A stretch of DNA of 64,000 bases. Origin: an uncultured Alphaproteobacteria bacterium (GTDB taxonomy: Bacteria > Pseudomonadota > Alphaproteobacteria > RF32 > CAG-239). The position numbers and the translations under genes were made by a program. Position 1 is the stretch's first letter, and each line of letters begins with the position of its first letter. The notes beneath the pieces were generated by a model, which did no database searches, was not told the DNA's origin, and saw only the letters and a program-made list of their open reading frames with translations. The stretch lies in assembly GCA_944391395.1 (NCBI GenBank), contig CALXTI010000003.1:35843-99842 (forward strand), given 5' to 3'. Shown in pieces: positions 49,176-57,806 of the stretch.

Positions 49176-50577
49176 CTTTCACTGTCGCGCCGGTAATTAC
49201 CCCCGAAACCCGGTTTTTGTTCGTTTTATCGGCCAAAACCCTGCTGACCGATGTCGTCAAATTAGTAATCGCCTTATCGCCTTTAATGACATTACCGTCT
49301 TGTACAATCACGACGTTGCGATTCAGCTCGACCTCATCTTTATCCGGTCGGTACAAACCATAATCACCCTTGGCCGTACCGTCGGGAGTTATTACGTTTA
49401 CATTATCAAAAGCCTCGATTTTTTCAAGCTTTTGTTCTTGGCCCGAACTCAAAAAAGCATACATTTTATCGGCATACAAAGTATTGACATGCTCGTTTTG
49501 TTTATCTTCAACCTTGACATTACCGTAAGCCTCGATTCTTTCAATGGCGTTATCCTGTCCCGGCCGCATAAAAGCAATCATCTTGTCGGCGTGCATGGTG
49601 TTTTTTTCATCTATAACCCTGACGTTGTCATACGCCTCGATTCTTTCAATGGCGTTGTCCTGCCCCGGTCGCATAAAAGCAATCATCTTGTCGGCGTGCA
49701 TGGTGCTTTTTCCATCCATGACCCTGACGTTGTCATACGCCTCGATTCTTTCAATTTCATTTTGTGAATTTGCGGCAAAATACGTTTTCATTAAATCGGC
49801 GTACATGGTGTTTTGCCGATTGACGGCTTTGACGTTTTTTTCCGCTTCCATACGGTTTTCCAAACGGTAATAACGAACTTCTTTATCTGCCCAAAGAGTG
49901 TTTTCCTCATGTATGAGTTCTGATTTTCCGGTTAGAACAATTAACTCTTTTTCCTGATAATATTTAAAACCATCCGCCCAAAGTTTGCCCCAATCGCCAT
50001 ACGCATACACTTTTTGATTGCCTTCGCCGTAGTTGCTCGTAAAATCATAACGGGCATATTCGGTTTCTGCTGTTGTTCCTTCGTCATAAACAGCCACAAC
50101 GTTTTGTTTAAGCTCTATAATCTGCGCGGCCTGATTATAATAGCCGATATCGGAGTCGACATTGACAAACTTGTTTTCGCCTGTCGGAATAACTCCTGCG
50201 GGATTGGTGATTTTCAACAATTTCGAACCGGCTTGCGTTTCGTCAACCAGGTCGGCAAAAAACGTGCTGATTTTGTTATCTTTATCGGTAATGGAAAACT
50301 CCGTCTGCTCCATATGCAGTTTTTCGAGTTCGCCTTTTTTGGGCAGAGTCACATCCAGACTTTCGACAACATCATTGTCCTTAAGCGAAGGAAACAACAA
50401 CAGCAGTGCAATCAGAACTGCCGCCAACGACGGCATCAGCAATTTTGCCCAACGCAAAATCTGCGCGCGGCGGCTTAATTTTGACGCTTCTTTATTGTCA
50501 AACGCCGCTTCTCCGTTGAAGAAAGCATCGATTTTGCGAAAATCAGCCAAATTTATGCAACCCCTGCACGCAAGCAA
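49153..50577 (-). CDS. LptC/LptA-like (OstA-family) LPS transport protein with N-terminal TM and an internal tandem duplication
   Basis: Position between kdsD and lptB; repeated AYDNVRV..ADKMIAF beta-jellyroll units; 474 aa. Confidence 0.55.
   Translation of the reverse strand: MLACRGCINLADFRKIDAFFNGEAAFDNKEASKLSRRAQILRWAKLLMPSLAAVLIALLLLFPSLKDNDVVESLDVTLPKKGELEKLHMEQTEFSITDKDNKISTFFADLVDETQAGSKLLKITNPAGVIPTGENKFVNVDSDIGYYNQAAQIIELKQNVVAVYDEGTTAETEYARYDFTSNYGEGNQKVYAYGDWGKLWADGFKYYQEKELIVLTGKSELIHEENTLWADKEVRYYRLENRMEAEKNVKAVNRQNTMYADLMKTYFAANSQNEIERIEAYDNVRVMDGKSTMHADKMIAFMRPGQDNAIERIEAYDNVRVIDEKNTMHADKMIAFMRPGQDNAIERIEAYGNVKVEDKQNEHVNTLYADKMYAFLSSGQEQKLEKIEAFDNVNVITPDGTAKGDYGLYRPDKDEVELNRNVVIVQDGNVIKGDKAITNLTTSVSRVLADKTNKNRVSGVITGATVKGEKDDEK
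49529..49755. repeat. in-frame 105-bp tandem repeat (two full copies plus a partial third; further partial copy before 49529)
   Basis: Units 49529..49633 and 49634..49738 are over 90% identical; they encode IERIEAYDNVRV.DxKxTMHADKMIAFMRPGQDNA. Confidence 0.8.
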
Positions 50578-51518
50578 TCATGAATATGTATCAGCCCAAT
50601 CGGCTTTTTGCCGTCCACGACAAAAAGGTTAGTAATGCCGCGTCCGGTTGTGTTCATGGTTTTTAAGGCTTCTATCGCCAACGCTTCCGGACGAATTGTT
50701 TTAGGATTTTTCGTCATAACGGTGGAAACTTTTTTCATCATCAGCTCGGGCGACATCCAACGTCTTAAATCGCCGTCCGTAATCATGCCGATTAATTCGC
50801 CGGCTTTATTGACAATACCGACACAGCCAAGCATTTTGGAAGTCATGACCAATATGGCGTCTTGCATTAAAGTGTCTTCATCGACAACCGGCATTTCGTC
50901 GCCGGCGTGCATCAAATCCGAAACTTTACGCAAAATTGCTCCGAGTTTGCCGCCGGGATGACGTTGTTTATAATCGGTTTCCGAAAAACCTTTACGTTCC
51001 ATCATGTCAACCGCCAGTATATCGCCCATGACCATGGTGGCGGTCGTTGAAGAAGTCGGTGCCAAACCCAACGGGCAAGCCTCGCCGTCATCAGGCAGTT
51101 TTAACACCAAATCGCTGTTGGTGCCTAAGGCGCTTTGCGGATTTTTGGTTATGGCTATCAACGGAATATTAAAACGTTTGCAATAAAGCAAAATATCTGA
51201 AAGTTCTTTGGTTTCGCCGCTGTTTGAAATCGCGATTACGACATCGTCTTGCGAAAGCATGCCTAAATCGCCGTGACTGGCCTCGCTCGGATGCACGAAA
51301 AACGACGGTGTACCGGTTGATGCCAAAGTCGCCGAAATTTTGCGGCCGACATGACCTGATTTTCCCATGCCGGTTACAACGATACGCCCTTTGCAATGCT
51401 CCATCATGTCAAGAGCTTTGGTCAGGCTCTCATCCAAAGAATCTTCCATAAAGCGCAATGCCTCAATTTCTTTTTCGATTGTTCGTTTGGCAATGGCAAT
51501 ATCTTTACTTTCAGACAT
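50553..51518 (-). CDS. kdsD: arabinose-5-phosphate isomerase (SIS plus tandem CBS)
   Basis: GMGKSGHVGRKI SIS motif, C-terminal CBS pair. Confidence 0.85.
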   Translation of the reverse strand: MSESKDIAIAKRTIEKEIEALRFMEDSLDESLTKALDMMEHCKGRIVVTGMGKSGHVGRKISATLASTGTPSFFVHPSEASHGDLGMLSQDDVVIAISNSGETKELSDILLYCKRFNIPLIAITKNPQSALGTNSDLVLKLPDDGEACPLGLAPTSSTTATMVMGDILAVDMMERKGFSETDYKQRHPGGKLGAILRKVSDLMHAGDEMPVVDEDTLMQDAILVMTSKMLGCVGIVNKAGELIGMITDGDLRRWMSPELMMKKVSTVMTKNPKTIRPEALAIEALKTMNTTGRGITNLFVVDGKKPIGLIHIHDCLRAGVA

Positions 51519-51619
51519 AAAATATCTCCTGTTTCTTTATTTATCAAATTATATGCTAACCTATAATTTTATTTAAGTTTCTGCAAGTTTTTTTTTATTT
51601 TTTTACCTGATGAAAACAA

Positions 51620-52069
51620 TTATTTTTCCGCCCAGCCGCCGTTTGCATCCTGTTGCCAATAATGTAGTTCTCCGCCGGAATTCTTGAACTCGCGCCACAA
51701 TGAGCGCGCTTTTTCAACAGCCTCGGCATTGTTCCCGTCAAATATGTTAAACACCCGTGTGAAATTTGCGACATCCGGCGGAGGCAATGCGCCGTCTGTC
51801 AAAAACAACATCTCGGCGCCGTTGGGATTGTCGTCATCCGCAGAAAGCCATATCGGCTGCATTTCGGCGTTTCCGTCTTTTTTGCTGCCGTGCGGCAGGA
51901 AACTTTCATCGTTGTATGTCCATAGCAATGAATTCAAAAAATCCACCCGCAGCTCGTTGCCTACTTTTACCTTAATCGTTTTACCCGACGCATACGCTTT
52001 TTCCAGAAGTTTCGGCAGCACCGCCTCCAGATTTTGCTTTTGCAAATGATAAAAATCAATTCGGTTCAT
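51620..52069 (-). CDS. holC: DNA polymerase III subunit chi
   Basis: 149 aa; MNRIDFYHL N-terminus and length resemble HolC. Confidence 0.65.
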   Translation of the reverse strand: MNRIDFYHLQKQNLEAVLPKLLEKAYASGKTIKVKVGNELRVDFLNSLLWTYNDESFLPHGSKKDGNAEMQPIWLSADDDNPNGAEMLFLTDGALPPPDVANFTRVFNIFDGNNAEAVEKARSLWREFKNSGGELHYWQQDANGGWAEK

Positions 52070-52078
52070 CTTGCGCCC

Positions 52079-53383
52079 CTATTTGTTAAGCGGTTTGACC
52101 GATATTTCCACAAAATAACTTTCACCGGAAACACTTTCAAAATCAAGTCGCAAAAGCTCCCGGCTCAAAGCCGCGTCATCAATCTGGCGAACAAGTTCTT
52201 CATGCAAATATATCGGCGTTTCGTTGACTTTTTGCAAAACATCGCCGGCTTTAACGCCTTTTAGGGCGGCTTCGCTTTGCGCATCGACGCTTACAATCTT
52301 CAAGCCGTCTAACCTCAAACCCAAAGCGGCATAATATTCTCCGTTAAGTGGCTGTTGTTTTTCCGCCGTTCCCGGCCGGGACGTTTCTTCCGGCAGCAAT
52401 GCGGTTTCGGCTTTGACTTCAAGTTTATCGCCGCCACGCCAAATGACAAGATTTATCACTTTATCCGCCGGAAGTTTTGATATGTACATGGCAAAATCCT
52501 TGGCTGAATCCGCCTTTATTCCATCGTAACTCAGAATAACGTCTCCCGCCTGCAGTTTGTTTGCCGCCGCCAGCTCCGTGTCTTTAATTGCGCTGATGCT
52601 CAAAGCTTTTTGATTGTCTGCCATAACCGTCGGTTTAATTTCAAGTCCCAACCAGCGTCGTTCGACTTTACCCGTTGTTTTGAGTTTGTCAATCACCCAT
52701 TCGGCCTGTCCGGACGGCAAAGCAAATCCGACGCCGCTGTTATTTCCGGTTTGCGAAAAGATAACCGTGTTGATGCCGACCACCTTGCCTGTTGTATCAA
52801 ACATCGGGCCGCCGGAATTTCCCTGATTGATTGACGCATCGGTTTGCAGATAATCATCATACGGCCCGTCTGCAATATCGCGCGATTTGGCGGAAATTAT
52901 ACCCGCCGTTACGCTGCTTCCCAGCCCGAACGGATTGCCTATCGCCAAAATCCAATCCCCGACGCGAATTTTATCGGAATCGCCGAATTCGACCGGTTGC
53001 AACTTTCCATCCGGTTTGATTTTTATCACGGCCACATCGGTTTTATCGTCAGCCCCGATTAATTCAGCCTCATATATGGTTCCGTCCGCGGTGATAGCCG
53101 AAATTTTATCAGCCTTGTCGATGACATGTTTATTTGTGGCAATATACCCGTCTTCACTGACGATAAAGCCAGACCCCAATGCTGCTCTTTCGGTTGTGGA
53201 TGAAAAAAGCAGGTTATTCATGACCTCCGGAGAATCTTTTTCTTCCTGCAACTCTGTTGAAATATTAACAACCGAAGGGATTAAGCGTTCCGCAAGAGGC
53301 GCAAACGAAATCTGGGCTTGGGCCGGAACAACGATGCCCGCCGCGGCCAATCCTGCCACAAAAACTTTTACCAAATTCAGCAT
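52079..53383 (-). CDS. degP: periplasmic serine endoprotease DegP/HtrA family
   Basis: Signal peptide; His/Asp/Ser triad with GNSGGPM; PDZ domain. Confidence 0.85.
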   Translation of the reverse strand: MLNLVKVFVAGLAAAGIVVPAQAQISFAPLAERLIPSVVNISTELQEEKDSPEVMNNLLFSSTTERAALGSGFIVSEDGYIATNKHVIDKADKISAITADGTIYEAELIGADDKTDVAVIKIKPDGKLQPVEFGDSDKIRVGDWILAIGNPFGLGSSVTAGIISAKSRDIADGPYDDYLQTDASINQGNSGGPMFDTTGKVVGINTVIFSQTGNNSGVGFALPSGQAEWVIDKLKTTGKVERRWLGLEIKPTVMADNQKALSISAIKDTELAAANKLQAGDVILSYDGIKADSAKDFAMYISKLPADKVINLVIWRGGDKLEVKAETALLPEETSRPGTAEKQQPLNGEYYAALGLRLDGLKIVSVDAQSEAALKGVKAGDVLQKVNETPIYLHEELVRQIDDAALSRELLRLDFESVSGESYFVEISVKPLNK

Positions 53384-54249
53384 TAACCCTTAGTCCCGTT
53401 AAAATATTTGAAGAATTCGGATTCGGGCGAAAGAATAAACGAATTGTTATCTTTACCCAACGAGTTGCGATAAGCTTCCAAAGAACGATAAAACGCATAA
53501 AACTGCGGGTCGGCACCGGCGGCTTTGTTCCAAATTTCGGTCGCTTCTTTGTCGCCTTGTCCGCGGATAATCTGCGCTTGCTTTTCGGCTTCGGCGATAA
53601 TAATCGTGCTCTCTTTGTCGGCTGTTGAACGAATCTGTTGCGCGGCTTGGCGGCCTTCGGCACGCGCTTCGCGGGCGTCGCGTTCGCGCTCGGCTTTCAT
53701 ACGGTCGTTAATGGCTTGCAGAACCTCCACCGGCAAATCTGCGCGGCGTATGCGTACCTCGGCGACGTTCACGCCGATTTGTGCCGCATCATCTTTAACG
53801 AGTGTGCTCATTTCCGCCATGATTTCGGAACGTTTTTCGGACAACAACTCCGGCAAAGTTACCCGACCCAAAACATTACGCACCGACGAGTTGACGATTT
53901 CTTCCAACCGGCTGCGGGCAATTGTTTCCGTGCGCACGGTTTGATAAAACTTCAACGGATCGACGATTTGATAGCGCGTAAAGCTGTCAACATCCAAACG
54001 TTTCTTGTCGTTTAACACGATTTCTTGTCCCGGCGGATCCAAATTCAAAAGCCTTTTATCATAAAAGACAACGTTTTGAATGAAAGGAATTTTTATCTTC
54101 AGTCCCGGTTCTTTGATTTCGCGCACGGGTTCACCGAATTGCAAAACAATAGCCTGTTCGGTCTGATCCACGATATACACGGCATTTGCCGCCACCAGAA
54201 AAGCCACGATACACGCTGCCAAAACCGGATATTTGAACTTGTTTTTCAT
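53383..54249 (-). CDS. hflC: protease modulator HflC (band-7)
   Basis: N-terminal TM plus SPFH domain; downstream of hflK. Confidence 0.85.
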   Translation of the reverse strand: MKNKFKYPVLAACIVAFLVAANAVYIVDQTEQAIVLQFGEPVREIKEPGLKIKIPFIQNVVFYDKRLLNLDPPGQEIVLNDKKRLDVDSFTRYQIVDPLKFYQTVRTETIARSRLEEIVNSSVRNVLGRVTLPELLSEKRSEIMAEMSTLVKDDAAQIGVNVAEVRIRRADLPVEVLQAINDRMKAERERDAREARAEGRQAAQQIRSTADKESTIIIAEAEKQAQIIRGQGDKEATEIWNKAAGADPQFYAFYRSLEAYRNSLGKDNNSFILSPESEFFKYFNGTKG

Positions 54250-54262
54250 TTGTTTTTCTCCT

Positions 54263-55330
54263 TTACTTTGTAACCGGCAGCACCGGCAAAACGTTTGCAC
54301 CTTTGGCCGAGGGATCTATAACCACAGTTTCCGATTTGGCAAGAATATCCTCCAAAGCCTCCAGATACATGCGTTTTGAAGTAACGGTCTTGCCTTGTTT
54401 GTAGGCGTTGTAAACCGAAGTGAAGCGTTCGGCATCGCCTCTGGCCTTGTTCACGACGGCTTCTTTATAAGCCTCGGCTTCCTGCAAACGTTTAACCGCT
54501 TCACCTTTGGCTTTGGGTATCACTTCATTGCGATAGGCTTCCGCTTCGTTTTTGAATCTTTCCAAATCGGCTTTGGCTCGTTGAACTTCGTTGAAAGCGT
54601 CGACCACTTGTTTGGGCGGATCGGCTTTTTGCAGCTTGACGCGGACAATAACCACCCCGGCGCCGAAATCATCCAAAACTTTTTGCAGCTCGGCTTTGGT
54701 CTGATCTTCGACCAAACCGCGGTCGCCGGTAATAATCGGCTGCATTTCCGACTGGCCGACGATTTCGCGCAAAACAGACTGTGCCGCCACCCGAACCGTT
54801 ACATCCGGACTGCGGACATTAAACAGATAATCCTTGGCGTCTTTAATGCGCCAAACCACCGTTAAATTAATGTCTACGATATTTTCATCACCGGTCAACA
54901 TATGGCTTTCGGTGAACGAGTTAAGCGCCACGCTCGACTGATTGTTGTTATAGTATTGCACCGGCGCGTTTGAAGTTTCGGTTACGCCCAGATTGATGCT
55001 GCGTTCTTTGGTAACATTGACTTTAATCACTTTTTCAATCGGATAGGGCAAATGATAATGCAAGCCGGCGTCCGTGGTATAAACATATTTTCCGAAACGC
55101 AGAACGACGCCCTGGTCGCTTGGTTGAATTTGGTAAAACCCCGAAGCCAGCCACAGCAAGAGCAGGATGCCGACAATCAGCTTAACCGGAAATTTGAAAT
55201 CATCTTTAATTCCGGAGAGTTTTGCAATGCGTATCGGTTCGGGTTTTATGTTTCTGCGCACGGCCTCGCCGCCTGCATCCGGCGTTTCGGGCGGAAGATC
55301 GGTTTCCCACGGGTTGTTTTTTTGTGCCAT
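54263..55330 (-). CDS. hflK: protease modulator HflK (band-7)
   Basis: Pro-rich N-terminus, TM, SPFH domain, coiled coil. Confidence 0.85.
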   Translation of the reverse strand: MAQKNNPWETDLPPETPDAGGEAVRRNIKPEPIRIAKLSGIKDDFKFPVKLIVGILLLLWLASGFYQIQPSDQGVVLRFGKYVYTTDAGLHYHLPYPIEKVIKVNVTKERSINLGVTETSNAPVQYYNNNQSSVALNSFTESHMLTGDENIVDINLTVVWRIKDAKDYLFNVRSPDVTVRVAAQSVLREIVGQSEMQPIITGDRGLVEDQTKAELQKVLDDFGAGVVIVRVKLQKADPPKQVVDAFNEVQRAKADLERFKNEAEAYRNEVIPKAKGEAVKRLQEAEAYKEAVVNKARGDAERFTSVYNAYKQGKTVTSKRMYLEALEDILAKSETVVIDPSAKGANVLPVLPVTK

Positions 55331-55438
55331 AATCTTATCCTTAAAAAATTAAATAAAAACATTTACATCTTGGGATAAAATAATATAAATGTATCTGAAA
55401 AACAATTATACAAACAAGAATATCCACACCGGAAGGTT

Positions 55439-56434
55439 TTGAACATGACAGAAGAAGAAATCGTTAAAAAATATTTTGCGCCCGAACATATTGAAAGTGT
55501 TAAAAATTTTAGTGGCAGGCTGATTGTTACTTTAAAAGACATTCCCGAGCAGGCCGCTGCCGCCGAACAGTTAAAAGCGGAACTTTCCGTTTTGGACGGC
55601 ATAAAAAAAGTTTCAATCGTGTTCAGTCAAACTGCACAGACTGCCGGTATGGCGCCGGAAATTGAAAAATGGCGCATCAACGGTGTGAAAAAAATTATCG
55701 GTGTGGCATCGGGCAAAGGTGGTGTCGGCAAATCCACCACCGCGGTCAATTTGGGTTTGGCGTTGGCCAATCTCGGACAAAAGGTCGCTTTGTTTGATGC
55801 CGATATTTACGGTCCGTCGCTGCCGACGATGCTCGGGTTTGAGAACACGCCGCCGGTTTCGTATGACGGCAAGATATTCGAACCTTTTCAAAACTTCGGG
55901 ATAAAAGCCATGTCCATCGGTTCGCTTATTGACCGTAACACACCGCTGATTTGGCGCGGAGCCAAAGCTTCCGGCGCCATAGAGCAGCTTTTGACCGAAA
56001 CGAACTGGGGCGAAGTTGATGTGATGGTCATTGACATGCCACCCGGCACCGGCGATATTCAAATCACGCTTTCCCAACGCATTGATTTTGCCGGCATCGT
56101 CATCGTTTCAACCCCGCAGGACATCGCTTTGATTGACGCCGTCAAAGGGGTCAATATGTTCAAAAAAATCGGCGTCAAGATTTTGGGGATTGTGGAAAAC
56201 ATGAGCTATTACATCTGTGAAAAATGCGGACATCGGGCAGATATTTTCGGTCATGAAGGTGCCAGACAAACGGCTGAAAAGTTGGGTGAAACCTTTTTGG
56301 GTGAAATTCCCTTGCATATCAAAATTCGTGAAAACGCCGATGCCGGCACGCCGATTGTGATGGCAGAACCTGACAGTCCGCACACCAAAGCTTATGAAGA
56401 AATTGCCGCAAAAATTATTGAAGCCTTAAAATAA
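55439..56434 (+). CDS. apbC: Fe-S cluster carrier ATPase Mrp/ApbC
   Basis: MinD-type Walker A SGKGGVGKST; CxxC (CEKCGH). Confidence 0.85.
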   Translation: MNMTEEEIVKKYFAPEHIESVKNFSGRLIVTLKDIPEQAAAAEQLKAELSVLDGIKKVSIVFSQTAQTAGMAPEIEKWRINGVKKIIGVASGKGGVGKSTTAVNLGLALANLGQKVALFDADIYGPSLPTMLGFENTPPVSYDGKIFEPFQNFGIKAMSIGSLIDRNTPLIWRGAKASGAIEQLLTETNWGEVDVMVIDMPPGTGDIQITLSQRIDFAGIVIVSTPQDIALIDAVKGVNMFKKIGVKILGIVENMSYYICEKCGHRADIFGHEGARQTAEKLGETFLGEIPLHIKIRENADAGTPIVMAEPDSPHTKAYEEIAAKIIEALK

Positions 56435-56597
56435 AAATCGAACAATTATCATAAAAAAACACACGTCGGTTAAAACAATCGTGTGCGAAAAGAACGAGTT
56501 TTTGCGATGTTTGTCAAAAAGTGAAAAGTCTTGTAAAAACATTATTGACTTTAGACAAAAAATAGCGTATTTTATAAATAAACCAAATTTAATTATC

Positions 56598-57326
56598 ATG
56601 AAAGTATTAGAATTCATTGCACAGCAAACGTCTGTGCCGGTTGCCGAATTGAAAGGCAAACCTTGGAAGGAAGTCGTTTTCTCTGCTATTCTCCCAAGAA
56701 TGGCAGGGATGCAAAATCGCCGTTACTGTATCAGTGAGCGGTTTATGGAGCTCATGGCCCAGTATCCGGAAGAAATCGTACGCATGGATTATCGAACAGG
56801 CATGAATTTGCTGGAAATCGCCATGCAAAGGCTCTCAAACGGGGCTGTTCTGCATGAAGCGACCAGCTGGCCGGAACCTTTAGACAAAGAGTACTGGCCG
56901 TATTCGTCAAAATATGACGAGGGCCACGTGATGTCTCAAGGCTGCTACAACTTCATTTTTCAGGGGTTGCCAGAATGCCTGAAACATGAAGAAACCAAAA
57001 GCCATGCCTTGAAGATACTCTTTGGGCTGACGTCTCATCTGGATGAAAAAGGCAACGTGTTACACACGTACCTGGTGCCGGATAAGCTCACGGACGTCCA
57101 TCGGGCGACGCTCTACAAATTCGCAAAAGAGCAGGTCGAAAAACATGCCTCTTTTGAAGAGATTTTTGAGCATTACGCCCGTCCCGGAGCCTGGGAAAGG
57201 CATAAAGATTGGTTCGCTCAGGCCGGGCTGACCAATGCTCAATGGCGAAAATTCTTTAACGCCATCGGAATTAACAACATTGTTACCCGTTGGCGGATAA
57301 GACATGAAATCCTGAACGGAAAGTAA
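56598..57326 (+). CDS. hypothetical protein (242 aa) with atypical codon usage (more G/C-ending codons than neighbours)
   Basis: ORF trimmed to MKVLEF; followed by a terminator; sits beside tRNA-Gly scar repeats. Confidence 0.45.
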   Translation: MKVLEFIAQQTSVPVAELKGKPWKEVVFSAILPRMAGMQNRRYCISERFMELMAQYPEEIVRMDYRTGMNLLEIAMQRLSNGAVLHEATSWPEPLDKEYWPYSSKYDEGHVMSQGCYNFIFQGLPECLKHEETKSHALKILFGLTSHLDEKGNVLHTYLVPDKLTDVHRATLYKFAKEQVEKHASFEEIFEHYARPGAWERHKDWFAQAGLTNAQWRKFFNAIGINNIVTRWRIRHEILNGK

Positions 57327-57344
57327 TGTCGGGGAAAAAATGAT

Positions 57345-57380
57345 AAAAAGCAGTCTGATGTTTCAGACTGCTTTTTGTTT
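57345..57380 (+). terminator. rho-independent terminator
   Basis: agcagtctga..tcagactgct hairpin followed by a T-run. Confidence 0.7.
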
Positions 57381-57480
57381 TTGGGCAACAAATGATAGTT
57401 ATATAAAAGAAACAATACTGTTTAAGAGCTGCGGGTGGAGCAACAAAAAAACCTGATGTATCAGTGAGATTTTATTAAAG

Positions 57481-57503
57481 AGCAGCGGGTAATGGGAACG
57501 CTA
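57481..57503 (-). repeat. degenerate copy of the tRNA-Gly 3' end (14/15 match to ttcccgttacccgct)
   Basis: agcgggtaatgggaa vs agcgggtaacgggaa in the tRNA; a weaker third copy near 57427..57445. Confidence 0.5.
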
Positions 57504-57663
57504 AGCAAAAAGGCAAGATAACTTGCCTTTTTGTCTGCAAGTTCTTTGCAACATCTTAATGAGCAAGGGAAGCGTCAAGCGACCGCGGCGAATTTAGATG
57601 CCAAAGGGGTATTCCCGTCCGCGAGCAACAAAAAAACACCTGATGTATCAGGTGTTTTTTTGT

Positions 57664-57737
57664 TGGAGCGGGTAACGGGAATCGAACCCGCATTAAAAGC
57701 TTGGGAAGCTCTCATTCTACCATTGAATTATACCCGC
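57664..57737 (-). tRNA. tRNA-Gly (anticodon CCC)
   Basis: 74 nt; anticodon loop ttCCCaa; encoded CCA; palindromic terminator hairpin 57632..57663 directly 3' of it. Confidence 0.8.
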
Positions 57738-57806
57738 AAGCGTGATTTTATATAAACGTCATTCAAAACAAAAATCAAGCTTTTTGTTGGCAATTAACAA
57801 ATTTAT

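Noticed and set aside
49529-49755. CRISPR-like array
   Set aside because: Repeats are contiguous, 105 bp, in frame and coding; there are no spacers and no cas genes.
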